Assembly: GCA_964270895.1 (NCBI GenBank)
Contig: OZ185437.1
Strand: one strand, 5' to 3'
Length of the DNA: 64,000 bases
From: Podarcis filfolensis
Lineage: Eukaryota
Below are positions 11,282 through 23,968 of the stretch, in pieces (position 1 is the first letter of the stretch; every line of letters starts with the position of its first letter). The position numbers and the translations under genes are program-made. The notes under the pieces were generated by a model. It was given only the letters and a program-made list of their open reading frames with translations, was not told the DNA's origin and made no database searches.

Positions 11282-13410
11282 CTGTAGGACACAAGGAGAA
11301 CTGAATGAAACAAACCCATTATGTTCTGCAACAAACAAGAGCTGAATTTAGGACTCCATCCATATCACCTTCTTCGGAACATGCATGGCAAAGAAAAAGC
11401 TATTCCAAAAAGTGATGACATAGGAATATTTAGTTAATGAGTTGGAAAGGGAACCAAATGGTAATAATATCTAGTATGTAAAGCACTTTACCTGTCACTG
11501 TATCTCTTCCTTCCCTCCCTCAATGTTTCCCAGTTATCAATTTTTAGTTTATAAGCTTCTTGAGAGCAAGAACCTGTCTGGTTTTGCTTACATAACTTGG
11601 TAAGGTGCTTTGTACACTGATGACATTGTATAAATGAACATACAAACAAACAAACAAAAAGAATGGCTTTTTATATTTACATGTCAAGATGTAATATACC
11701 TGCCAACTTAGGATCACACTTCATGTATCTGATGAAGTCAACTCTAAACTACAAAATCATGAGTTTACTCTATGACAAGACATTTTGCTATTTTTTCTGC
11801 AACAATGTGTAACATGCCTATGCTTCTGAAAAATGCACCACTGTGTGACTAGACTGAAGGATCACTGTTTAGTCATCAAGGAAATATGGAATTAATTCTG
11901 ACCAGGGAGGACAATTAAAATGCTGCGCTGACACTTCTTTGGTTTGCTAGTAATAGCTAAATGCAAATAGGAAGTTTACACTGAGGCTATGCTATCTGCT
12001 GAAGTATGGAGAAAAAGAAAGCATAATATTAGAAACTGTCAGCAATTCATATTCTGTATTGTGTTTTAAATCCTATGGATACTTAGGAGTAATAATTCTG
12101 TACATGTAATAAATGTATTTTATGGGAAGGATAGCTAAGGAGGTGTTTCGCTACCTAGTAAGCAAAGCCATACAAAAATCTCAGAAGTTAGTTGTAGAAA
12201 AAGCTGGAGGGAAAGTAGCAGAAGTGGTAGCCGCCACAAGCAAGAGCAGTGATAACACATTCTTCTCAGCGCTAACCATTGATGTACTGCATACTCTAAT
12301 TTTGTATTATGCGAGAAGACAGCAGTATTATGTCAGCAGGAGACAGTCTACTGATTTAATCTTTGGCTCCTTAATCCATAGTAGACTCTTTCAATCTTTT
12401 ATGTATTTCAGTTCTCAATATTCCCTTGTTCTAAACAAACAACCATTTCCCTATGAGAACTGAGAAATTATAGCTTGGGTTGTTTCCCCAGGATTGGCAC
12501 TTAAAGATACTTCAGATCCTAAATATTCTGGTGGCTGCCACCTACGCAGTGTTCCACAATCACCAGATAATTAATTTTAATGCGTGTTTGTACCATGAGG
12601 GCACAAAGTGAGACATTCTTGGTGGCTCCTTGAGATATATGGAACTTCTTTCTCTTGGAGGACCGAGCCAGATACACTCTAAGATATTTTTATTTTCACT
12701 CATTTTTAATGGCCAGAGTAAAGCAGATATGGGATAGTTGCAATGCAATCTCACAATTTTATCTAGGTTTCCTAAGCATAGTATTTATAGTTTCTATTTT
12801 AATGCCATTTCTTGCTCTGAGCTGTTGGGAAGGGATGGGCTTGAAACTAAACTCAGGCCATAGTTCAGCATGGAATAGAAAGTGTTTTAGTTTATTGATT
12901 TTGGTGTGCTTAGCTCTGAGAGGCCTAAGTAATAAATGGGGTCAAACAGAGCCAGAACACCAATGGCATACTATTAGGTAAAATAATATTGGACTGACTT
13001 AATGTTAGTGCAGGAATCTGAAACTTCTTGCATTTCACATAACTTTTCATTAGGCAGAATGGTAATGCACCAGGATCTCATATTTATCTAACCGCTTATC
13101 TAGAGCAAACTAGATGATTTCAGTTATAAATATCTTAGACTCCACATGTACAGAGCTGATTCCTAGTTTGACCATCATTATATAGAATTTAAAGACATGC
13201 TCATCAAGACCCAAACAAACTCAAATGACTGATCAATTTATAGATTTAAAAAGAGAGAAAGTAAAATTGCTGGATAGAAGATTGAAAACAAACGGAGTGC
13301 ATTAATATGTAAGGAAGGTACAGCATAGCTGGGCAAGGAACTGTAGTGAATGTTAGCTAACAGGATAGTTTTAGTGAATGTTAGACTAGAATATCCATCC
13401 ATTACTGTAC

Positions 13411-13521
13411 CTCTGTGGATGACACTTGATATTCAGAGCACTCTGGAGGTTTACAGGGAGATGATGTTTTGCTGTTTATCAACCATGGTTTACCATAGTT
13501 GCGTGTTAAATGATGGGGTGT
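13411..13521 (-). CDS. DST: DST cassette exon (TPHHLTRNYGKPWLINSK...VSSTE), 111 nt, phase 0-0
   Basis: ccatacag| and |gtacag; homologous to the recalled DST segment ILHPLTRNYGKPWL. Confidence 0.88.
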
Positions 13522-13770
13522 CTGTATGGAACAATGGCAAATCACAAGGGTGAAGAACAGGCGATGGAAAACAATGTCATGGAGAGGAATATTCAGATTA
13601 TGAATACTGAATCTCACAGTAAAAGTCAAAAACAAAATGACACCAAAACAAAGCAGGAACAGTTGACAAGCATTCTATACAAAAGAGAATGTATGTGTGC
13701 TTTTTAAAATGCAATGGTGGGTTAATGGTTTTTTCATTATTGTTTTTTTCCACTTTTCTAATTAGCTTAC

Positions 13771-13797
13771 ATGTTTTTTCCCAGGCTTGCACGACCG
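13771..13797 (-). CDS. DST: Candidate DST 27-nt microexon (RSCKPGKKH), phase 0-0
   Basis: gCTAAC branch point, tttttatcgtttcctcccttacaatcgcag| acceptor, CAT|gtaagc donor; in frame between two phase-0 exons; I do not recall it from reference proteins. Confidence 0.65.
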
Positions 13798-13967
13798 CTG
13801 CGATTGTAAGGGAGGAAACGATAAAAAACTTTTGTTAGCTTTCTTTGAAAAATAAAATAACCAGTATCTCCCCTATTTGTTATAGGGTAGCATTATGGCG
13901 AACTGTAGCAAGCTTGGTCTGATTTTATTAACTGCATTAAATTTCATCTGCACCACTCCAGTCATAC

Positions 13968-14167
13968 CTTGGGTGTGCTGGCAGCAAGAGCTGATGTTGG
14001 AGTTCCTTGAGCAGGTGGATTTGACACAGACATGGATCTGTTGGGTGAAGCACCCCTTGAAGAAGGTCGTGATCTGCGTCCCCTTTGTCGGAAGGCAGCC
14101 ATGCTTTGGCTAGCTCCGTCTGCCAAAATGAATTTCTCACGTAGCTCCATGTTTGTCCTCCCTTTAG
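13968..14167 (-). CDS. DST: DST exon ([18 protein letters not shown]...ASTPK), 200 nt, phase 1-0
   Basis: cctctag| and |gtatga. Confidence 0.95.
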
Positions 14168-14327
14168 CTAGAGGATGCGAAAGAGAGAAATTGAGAAGTC
14201 TGATTATTTCCCCGTCTGCCTGTCCATATCGCTGGCTTTGCTAGAGCTAAACAAACAGGCCAAACAATTCAAACACATTAGTGAGTAATGCATTTGTTTG
14301 AGACAAAAAAAGTTCATTTGCAGAATA

Positions 14328-14401
14328 TGCGCATCTAACATTTTACGCTAGCAAAAGATGAACTGCGCATCTAACATTTTATGCTAGCAGAGATGAACTG
14401 C
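14328..14401. repeat. Tandem duplication of a ~36-bp unit
   Basis: tgcgcatctaacattttacgctagcaaaagatgaac followed by tgcgcatctaacattttatgctagcagagatgaac. Confidence 0.9.
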
Positions 14402-14964
14402 TGTCAACATAAATCAGCATGATAATGGAATGGCTCAACATGCTATTTGGTTACCAATGCACAGACTCAACCTGAAGACCCATTTGACTAATGCTACCAC
14501 TGTTTGGATGATTCAGAAACAGATGCTGGCTACGATGAGTAAACATGGAGAGAAAAGCATAAAAACCATATTAGTTCTAAGCTATATAGTAATGCAGTTG
14601 GGCAACATGCAATGACAAACAGAAACTCCCAAACTGTAAAGAAGTGATGGGATGCTGGGCACAGACAAACGCAGGTATAGAGGCAAAGGTGAGAACTTCC
14701 CACAAGGTTCAGATGCGTAAACAGGTTAGCATTTGGTTTTCTCTGTCTTAATGGCAATTGCTTTTGAAACACTCTTTCCGAGCGTGTCAAAGGAAATTTA
14801 GAAGCAAGCTCTCAAGCACCAGCCAGTGCAATAAGTGTTAAGGCTAAAAAATGTGAAACGTGAAGCGTTGTGTTAAATATATATTTGTATATATCAAAGC
14901 AGAGTGGGTAGGAAATGGAAAAGAACATTAAGAACAGGAGAGACAAAGAGAGGGGTTTGCCAAC

Positions 14965-15033
14965 CTATAGTAGGCTGAGTGGTAATTGAAGAGTTTGATT
15001 CCGAACGTAACATTTTACTCCCATGATGATGAA
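14965..15033 (-). CDS. DST: DST cassette exon (VHHHGSKMLRSESNSSITTQPTI), 69 nt, phase 1-1
   Basis: ttttctag| and weak donor |gttggc; peptide recognised from DST isoforms. Confidence 0.88.
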   Translation of the reverse strand, partial: FIIMGVKCYVRNQTLQLPLSLL

Positions 15034-17444
15034 CTAGAAAAAATGACACAGGATATGGGTCATATTAAAAGAAAATTGTTAGCAGGAGAAGAAATCAATT
15101 ACAGCAGTTGCATATGCAAGAAGATTCAAAGCTGCAGGCCGAGGACAGATCTTAAGTGATTAAAAGTTCTCGCAAAGTGTTCCTAAGCAAGGTCATGGAG
15201 TTTTCTTCAGCAAAAGAAACCACTCGTGGTGTAAGCTCAGCTGCAGACAGTCCCAATGTCATCATGTAGGTAAAAAAAAGAAAGCAAGTGGTTTCTTTGC
15301 CATCTTCAAAAAGGGAAGTTCTATCTTCATACTTCTTAAGGTTGCATGAAATGAGGACACAACATATCATACAGTGCTTTAATAGAATGAAACCTAGTCA
15401 CCATTAAGACACCCAACAGGTTTGCATATGATTTAGTTTCCACATAAGAGCTAGTGTTTCCATGGCAAATTTGATGAAGAATGCAATCTTACGTTCCATC
15501 CTTTTGAGACAGGTTTATCTCTGAAATTATGCTGTCCTTTGAAAGGGATTTTGTGGGTGAAGTACCCCACAAATGGAAAACAAAAAAATTCAGACTCATA
15601 TTCAGTAATACTGAAAATCACAAATGAACTATCCTTGCTGAAAACCTGTTTCAGAAAAAAATAATCTCTCCATATTGACTCAATTTACACATAACGCTAA
15701 ACCATGGTTTATGTTAGTGATGAGCTGTAGTGAGCTCTTTACTTCTCCCCTGCCTTGTCCTCCTCTGGTGTGGCCGCGAGAAAGGATAAGAAGCTTCTGC
15801 TTCCGCTTTAAGCAACTACAGTTTTGCATGATGTCCAAACCTAGATGTCCAAATTAACCTTAACTATGGTTTATTGAAACAAGTCATCTTCTTAAACTAT
15901 GGTCTGAAGTTGGCTTGTTTAAATAAGTGTTAAGATTAACCACATTTTGTCCAGATCCGGATGATAAAAAGCTGTGGTTAATTTAAAACAGAAGTTAATG
16001 CTTCCTCGTAGTTGTGCGGGAGGAGGAAGGGAAAGGCATAAACTACAGTAGCAGCCATCACATCTTCCATATTTGTATACACTGGTGTTGAAGAACCCAA
16101 TTCCTGTAACGGGAAGCTTGGTGATTATCAGCTGGAGATACCAGCTGTTGTTGTTTTTTAAAAGCAGCAACAATAAATATGTCAAATCAAGTACTGTTCA
16201 CCTGACTTAGGTGGAACATGGGTGGATTGTAGGCATCTCACAATGTAGGAATAAAATAGCACATGTAATGTGTTATTATAGGAGTCAATTATATTCAGTC
16301 AGAATGCTACATTCCACTTTTGTCCTGTTAAGATTCTTCAGAGTAGAGTATGAGATGGGATGATGGAATCAGGTGGATCAATGTAGGCTGTGTAACTATC
16401 TCATTTATTCCTGTACAGCAGGAATGTAAAATGTGACTCAAGCATAACATAATTAAAACAGAATTGAAGCAAGACAGGTAACATCCAGTCATATGATCCT
16501 TTACTAAACAGAAGGAATTTTAAGTTGTAGTTTCAATTGTATCTGATAAAATGGTGGCTGGATAAGTAAGCATTAGGAAAAAGAAATATATAGCCCAAAG
16601 AAGCATGTATACCACCACAACGTTTACTTTTCAGTCTGAACTTGCAGCATTACGTATAGAATTCACAGTTTTAACTACAGAGAAAAATAATCTAATATAT
16701 GCTCAATAATGTTTTCTGTAGCTACTTTTCATTTTTGAGAAATACAACACTACGTTCACCACCCCATCTTAACATTCCTTTGTACATTCACAACATAAAA
16801 CTGGGTGATGCCCTTTATATTATTCCCTCTGGGATTAGCAAGTAGTCACTATTTTACTTACCATTTCCACTGAACTTCTGGAATTTTGCCCCCCCCAAAG
16901 TGATTGCTTCACTTCACCTCTTGGTGAGCCTAGCCCAACCAATCCCATGCCTACTGCATTCTATCAACACACACAGCAGGCAGACCTAGGACCCAGAAAT
17001 GATTTCAACTAAACCCAGGCTACCCTCTTCTGTGAATCAGGTTTTAGGCTTATAAGGCTGTTAAGATGCTACAGTGAAATCTGCTTACAAATCTGGGCTC
17101 AATAGATTAGAATCCTTGGAAGATCTAGGCCACAAACCAGTGAGCCATTTTCCCCTTCAGCTGTTCACCATGAGCCAGGCTACATGTTACACTCACCATA
17201 AGAGTGGTCCCACCACAGTTTCTGCTCTTCCCCCCTCCCAACTCTGAGGGAAAATTAGCTAACAACAGAGAAAAGGGGAGATAACCAATGGACAGGAAAG
17301 AGAAACCAGCACTTCCTCCTTTCCTGTATGTGTGGTTTCTGTGTTCCTGACAGCTTTTCATTCTGTTGGTGTGAGAGAGCCAAAGAAATTCCTTGCAAGT
17401 CAACCTCTCACATGGTGAATGCAATGCATAGCCAGAGTATACAG

Positions 17445-17679
17445 CAGAGCTTTCCAAACTTTTCATGTTGGTGAGACACTTTTTAAACATGCATCATTTC
17501 AGGACAGTAATTCAGTTTTGCATCATTCCACGACACAGTAATTCGGTTTTACTAGCAAACCAGAGGTTAAACTAACCCCTTTCCAGCTCTGGGAGGAGCG
17601 TGGGGAGCGTTTGTGTGACACACCTACACACTGCAGCCAACACATTAACGTGTCGCGACAAAGAGTTTGGAAAGCTCTG
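17445..17679. mobile_element. hAT-type MITE
   Basis: TIRs CAGAGCTTTCCAAACT/AGTTTGGAAAGCTCTG; 8-bp TSD gtatacag/gtctacag (7 of 8). Confidence 0.88.
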
Positions 17680-17886
17680 GTCTACAGTATCTTCAGTAGG
17701 TAGTCCTTAAAAATAGCAAGATGTATATAAGTAGGGCATGTGAATCAGTGTTTAACTAAACCAGGGATTTATACAGTTTACATTTCATCCTTCTAACCTC
17801 TTCTACCCTAGTTAATCCATGACAGCAGTTGTATATACACTATTAATGGGTTTAATAGTCATATGTAAAGAAGTCTTCCTACATAC

Positions 17887-18004
17887 CTCTGCAAGGATCA
17901 TTTTTCACTAAGAACTCATCAAGTGCCATCCATCCGCCTCCAACTCGAACCATAACAGTGCTCCGCAGAATGCGGACAAGACGGAGTTGCTGGGAGTCAC
18001 CAAA
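17887..18004 (-). CDS. DST: DST exon, GAR domain C-part ([39 protein letters not shown]), 118 nt
   Basis: gcacag| and |gtatgt; GAR signature VMVRVGGGW. Confidence 0.97.
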
Positions 18005-18758
18005 CTGTGCAGGAAGACAGGAAATCAAGCTCAAGGTTTCCTACAAGTTCTAAACAGCACAGTGCGCTCCAAGCCAAGAGGGTTAAAATTAGCCACGCAC
18101 AAGAAGCTCCTAAATCATTAGTAGAAAAATCACCAAAGAGTTTTGCATTATGCATAATAGTTTTCAAGTTGAATGCAACTGCATTAACCCAAAAGGTAGC
18201 AATGAGATTGGTGGGGGAGGGGAGGGAGGCAGAGCACAAGGGTATAATGCTGCTAGGTTTGATTGCCCCCCCCCCTTGATTCTTGAGAGCCACATGGATG
18301 TTTCTCAGATCTTTTCAAAGGAGAAAAATTAGTCATGTAATACAGGAAGCTAGTGTATCATGGAATTGTACTCTCAATACTAAAACCTTCACTGATCTCT
18401 CCTTGCAAAAATGATAAGAATATTTCCACCGAAATATGGATTAGAACTCATTATGAGGACACTGATCCACAGAACAAATATTACAGTGATGACCACTGAA
18501 TAAGTCAGAAAAACAAACTTTTATTGTTATTTCAGAATTTCTTTTTCACCCTCTTGCCTTCTGGAAAGCTGCCCCTTAGAATAGCCACTAAAGGGCTTTT
18601 CTAGGCAAGTGTTGTATCATGTAACAAATAGGGATCCAGTTATCTTTCTTCAGGGATGCCCTTCTTCAAGGGGTACTAATTTTTTTAGCATTTTGTGACC
18701 ATTCTCCCACACATTATGTGTATTTCTATAGCCAGTGTGAGAAGAAAGTAAGAATAAG

Positions 18759-19140
18759 ATGGATTAGGGCAATGGCCCATCTAGGCCATCCTGCTCTTAC
18801 AGTGGCCAAACCAGGTGCTTGCGGGAAACCCACAAGCAGAATTCAAGTACAAGAGCACTCTCCCCTCCTGTGGTTTGCAGCAACTGGTTTTCATAATCAA
18901 TAGTGCCTCCAACTGTGGAGGCAGGACACAGCCATCATGGCTAGCAGCCTTAAGCAGCCCTCTCATCCATGAATTTGTCCAATCCTCTTTTAAATTCATT
19001 TAGGTTGATAAACTATTGCTGCCTCCTGTGGGAGTAAGTTCCACAGTTTATGAGTTGCATGAAGAAGTAACTTTCTTTAATCAGCCCTGAATCTTCCAAC
19101 ATTCAGCCTCATTGGATGGCCAAGGGTTTGAGTGTCATTA
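18759..19140 (-). mobile_element. CR1-type LINE 3' fragment
   Basis: Resembles the reverse complement of a CR1 ORF2 end and 3' UTR (...ctgcctcctgtgggagtaagttccacag...); related copies near 48141 and 59750. Confidence 0.7.
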
Positions 19141-19611
19141 ATTAGGTAGCTATTGAACCATTAGTGGCTTGTCTCCACTTTTCTAGTAAATGTTTTTACT
19201 GTCTATTTTATTCTTTTAAGTTTCATTTTTCTTACTTCGTTAGATGCTGGCTGAACTCCATTATACTACCCCAACACGCAGCATTTTAAAGTAAACCAAT
19301 AACTGGCCAGCACCAGCAAGACTATCCTTTGAACTCAAAGTAATAATGCTGCAATTCTGTGAATACTTTATATTTGTAAAAAAAAAGCCCTAAAAAAACA
19401 ACAACTTGAAGGCTGCAGACTCCCCCTCCCCAATGCTAGAGCTCACATCTCCTTCCAGAAGGATAGTCTCCCCAACTTTAATGATGTGGTAATTTTCAGT
19501 TGCAAATACGCAGCTTCACTAACACAAATATCAGTTTAGAGTGGGGGGGGGGCAAACAAAAAACCCCTCGCATGGTGGGGGCAGGAGCTGGCATCCTCCA
19601 AGGGTCTAAGG

Positions 19612-19790
19612 CAGTGGTGGCGAACCTTTTAGAGACTGAGTGCCCAAACTGCAACCCAAAACCCACTTATTTATCGCAAAGTGCCAACACGGCAATTTAA
19701 TATGGGATAATAATGATTGTCTGCATGCACACATACAAATAAATAAATAAATATAAATAAACCCAGCCAGGTGGACGGGGTATAAAATAA

Positions 19791-19841
<51 letters not shown>

Positions 19842-21063
19842 TTGCTCTTTTTTGTTACTGGCACCCCAGCAGCCGCAGCACTTGTGTGTGTTGCGAAGCG
19901 GGCTGTTAGGCAGAGCGCTCTCAGGATACTTTCCCTGGATGTGGGTGTGTGGGTGTGTATAGATGTCTGTTTGTTTCTCTCTCTCTCTATGGCCCCTTTG
20001 GCGCTTCTCTCCCGAGCTTCAGAGAACAAGAGAGAAGCAGAGAGGAAACAGAGAGACAGACAGAGGACTCAGCGTGGGACTCAGGGAAACCTGTGACTGG
20101 CCCATTCACCAGGGAAGCTGGAGTCGGTATGTTGGGTTGGGGATTGGGTGGGCAGGAAGGAGAACTGAGGCTCATTGGCTTCGCAGCGTGCAGGCAGCAA
20201 GGTCTCCTGTTGTGAGGTGTCTTCAAGGAGCAGCTTGCCTCCACCCCTTCACTTCTCCCAGCCCCTCTTCATGACATTCACTCCTTCTGCACCTCACCCA
20301 CCCTCTCACTGGCTCTCCCTCTTCCCCACCCGGTCTGCACTCTCCAGAACAGGTGAAAGAGCAACCTCCTTCTGAGTTCAAAAAAAGGAGGTGGGAAAGG
20401 CAGGGAAATCAGGCTTATGCAAAAGCCAGGCAGAAGCAACCCGATGTGGCACATTGCAAAGCTGCCCCCTCTTCCGTGTGTTTTGCTTTGCACAAGCGTG
20501 GCCCAGCGTAGCGCTCCCCTCCCTGGCATGGGAGGGCAGGCTCCTTCTCCACCCTCACCCCGCTCTGCATCTTGGATCTTGAAAACAGCAGCACAGCCCG
20601 AGCCTGCTGTTTGTCCTCAAGGGTAAGAGACAGACCCTTCTGTTAATCGATGGCTAGCCGAGCTGTCGCTCCCCGCCAAAATAAAAATCCAAACCTGCTT
20701 CGGATCCAAACCCACACCATCACAACCCACTGTCTCCATGCTTCCTTACCCAGCGCCCTGTCTGTCTTAAATTGCAGCGTTTGGGGGGGGGGGAGCTGGT
20801 TGGCCAGCACACAACTCTACCCCACGCTACTGCAGGCAGTGTGCACTCTAGGGAGCGTTTCCTGCCCACATTGGCGGGGGGGGGGGGAGCTGCACATCCG
20901 CCAACCACCTTAGGGAGCGTTTCCCACCCACAATGGCAGGGGGGGAGCGGCTGTCCCTTTGCCAGCCCCCAGTAATGGCCCTGCATGCCATCTTGCGCGC
21001 ATGCTATCAGAGAGGGTTCTGAGTGCCCACTCTGGCATGCGTGCCATAGGTTCGCCACCACTG
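19612..21063. mobile_element. Non-autonomous hAT DNA transposon, 1452 bp
   Basis: Perfect 16-bp TIRs CAGTGGTGGCGAACCT/AGGTTCGCCACCACTG; perfect 8-bp TSD GTCTAAGG (19604-19611, 21064-21071); no transposase ORF. Confidence 0.93.
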
Positions 21064-21816
21064 GTCTAAGGAGAACAAGTGTGCAAAATTGTACTTCTGC
21101 TGTACTTTGTCAAAAGCAAAGTTTTAGGAAGTACATAAATGCTGGTCCTTCAATTTAGTGATCTGGAAATGCTGCAAAATCCCTTAGGTCTCTTATAGCC
21201 TGTCCACATGTTCTTATGCAAGTAGTTTGAAAGCATAGCTCTTTGAATGTAACATGCATTCCAGACATACTTCCTTTTAACACATATTTCCTCTCTCCAT
21301 ATTGGTTTTATAACTGGTTTTGGTTTTAAAGCATTAATGTGCCAGTTATGCAGAAAGTACCTGAAAAGGGGTGCTCAAACAACATTCTTTCCAAATGTTA
21401 CAGCGCACACACCACACACCAAGTCTGAGGGCCCTTTAATATGTACAAGTAAACAATCACTTACTGAAATGTGAAATAAAGAAAGAAAAACAACTGATTC
21501 CCCTCCCAAATATTCTGGAGCCTTAGCAAAATTCGTTGGTGATCTAAAGGACTCATTACACTCTGTTGCTTCGTATATTAGTACACATGGTGAAAATCTC
21601 TGCACCATTATAGCATAATTTTCAGGCTCATTCAAGTGGCTTAAAGCCTGCTTCTCCCAATCCATGAATGTAAACACATGTTTGCATTTGGGGCAACATG
21701 TTTAGCCTTAATCTGAGATATGAATGAGCCTTCTGGCAGAGCACACAGACTCTTCCCTCTTTAAAATACTGCCATAAGCCAATAAGTCTTCAATTAACCA
21801 TAATTTCCTGTTATGT

Positions 21817-21936
21817 CCAAAATGGGAAACTATGGTTAACAATGTTCAGAACAACCCAGGATCTTAAACCATGGTCTGAAGCTGGTTTAAGATTCTAGCT
21901 TGTTCTGAACATTGCAGCCATAGCTTCCCAGTTTGG
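21817..21936. repeat. Imperfect palindrome of the AAACCATGG-core repeat family
   Basis: About 55-bp arms (ccaaaatgggaaactatgg...tcttaaacca / tggtttaaga...ccatagcttcccagtttgg); related relics near 15850, 56760 and 60270. Confidence 0.8.
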
Positions 21937-22325
21937 ATGTAGATGGAAAGTATGTTTAATTGAAGGATTATTGCAGCATGCAGAGAAGAGAGGAGGGAAG
22001 AGCAATGCGAGGACAGAGTGTATGGGCAACAAGGCTCATGCATACTTAGGTTCAATAAGCTGCTATAGAATGATCTGACCCAGGCCAATAGGGAACTAAA
22101 ATGTAGTATAAGGATGGCCACCTGAGTTTCTCCTTCACTCTTTATATGCACATTTCAAATCTTCTTTCCATGACATTAGTATCAAATCACTAATACATAA
22201 AGTGTCTCCAATAGTTCCAGTGGATGTCTTACACTACCATTGCAAAACGCTATGAATCATAGCTAATGTTGTCAGACTGTAACTGAGAGACCTGACTCAG
22301 CTGGCAGTAAGGTTTCCATCAGCAG

Positions 22326-22496
22326 AATGAGGAGAGAAACAGGTTTGGGATATTTCCCCCTTCCCCGCTGCAGACCCCCCCCCCCCCAGTCTCACTAAAT
22401 CTGCCATGGAGGGTCCAACCCTGTGTAGCAGATTTAAAGGAGGGTTGGCTGCAGGGAGGAAGGGGGAAATATCCCAAACCTGCTTCTCTCCTCATT
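22326..22496. repeat. Inverted repeat, 48-bp arms (MITE-like)
   Basis: 22326-22373 pairs with 22449-22496, 3 mismatches; the spacer has a further 9-bp stem. Confidence 0.9.
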
Positions 22497-23968
22497 TACA
22501 TTCCCCACTGTAATAGGAACGTGTTCTGCTCTTTTCTTTTCCTGCCATTGTGATTCACCCCAAACTGCTGCACAGCACACCTGCAGGCCTGACCATTGCA
22601 GCAAGTGGAGGAAGGGAAGGACAACAGGACCAGGGGAGAAACAGCAGGACAAGCCATGGCTGCCTCATGTCTAACTGTACTGTGCAATCTGAAAAGTGCA
22701 CTAGCAGACTGCAGGGTTACAACCTTTAAATCCCAACCAATGCAAAAGACCTCACTCTTCCATATTATCAATCCAACTCATCCAAATCTCTTGTCCACCT
22801 CCAACTGATCCCCCATTACAGGTAGGATCTCAGAGCCACCCTGTTCCCTGGGAGAAAAAAATAGTCAGAGGGATTCAGCACTTCTTAGCTCGGATTACTG
22901 TGATATGTAAGACCAGATTCTTCATGTGGGTACCTATGGGGAGTTCTTCCCAAAGATCACACTAGAATAAAATGCCGGATTTCATCCTTGGAAAGAAGCT
23001 AAGGTAAGCACTACTTGTTTTACAGCCAAATCATGTAACTGAGTTTAATTTTTCATGTACCTTACTGAGACACAGCTTAAGCAAAGGGAGAAAGGCATGT
23101 TACTTTTGGGAACCAAACAAGAGGAAAGCATATAAAGTTAACAAATTGAGAATACCCAAAGTAATTAGTGGCTGAATATTTTCTTTCTTTCTTTTTTTAC
23201 TCACAAGATTTTATGCTGCATCAACTGTATTTTCTGATGGTCCTCTTTTTTTTGGGGGGGGGGGAATGTGCTCCACTATATATGGCAGCTCCTGAATAAG
23301 TCTGGGGAGATTTCCCTTTGAGCCAATAAAGCCTGGGAGATTGTTTTGGGAAACCCCATCTGTCACCATTATGATATTTTGGGGCACTTACCCTTTACCC
23401 CCCAGTTCTTCTTTCCCCGAGCCCATTTAGGTAATTAACTTCTACTACTGTTGTGCCAAATGATCCCTAATCTCAGGTGTCACTCTGCTGCGGTCAGGAG
23501 TAAGCAACCTGCCCCAGTCCCCCAACTCCCATTTGGGAGTGGAACATTTCTCTCCCCATTTTCCAGACGGCACAATGCTTCAACATTGCCACTTGCAGCT
23601 CCAGTGCTTCCTGTCTCATTCCTCCAGTGCTTCCTGTCTCACTCCTGAAGAAAGCAGGAGAACAAACCCCCTTCACTACGTCATCTAGGAAATCAAGAAG
23701 ATCGTATCATGCAAAATGGGAGTGGCTTTAGAATTGGGAGCAAAGCGGGCTAAACAAAGGCAAAAGTTAAGATTATATAATGTATTAGCATGGATAGCAT
23801 TAGAAGGAAAATTTAGCTTATTATACTCATGTCAGAGTAGGTGAAACTTTAAATCACAAATGGGATTTTTTTACACTGCATAATGTTGAGTAATCTCATT
23901 CTAAAAATCTATATAATCTTCCTTTACTATTAGGTTTCACAGGGAATAGATTCTAAGAAAGGATGATA

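Noticed and set aside
15493-15520. 28-nt cryptic exon with a gtaaga donor
   Set aside because: Poor pyrimidine tract and not frame-preserving.
19697-20626. Dense overlapping ORFs inside the hAT element as a transposase or captured gene
   Set aside because: GC-rich, stop-poor sequence with no hAT transposase motifs; ORFs occur on both strands, and the poly-Leu comes from the (AAT)n repeat.
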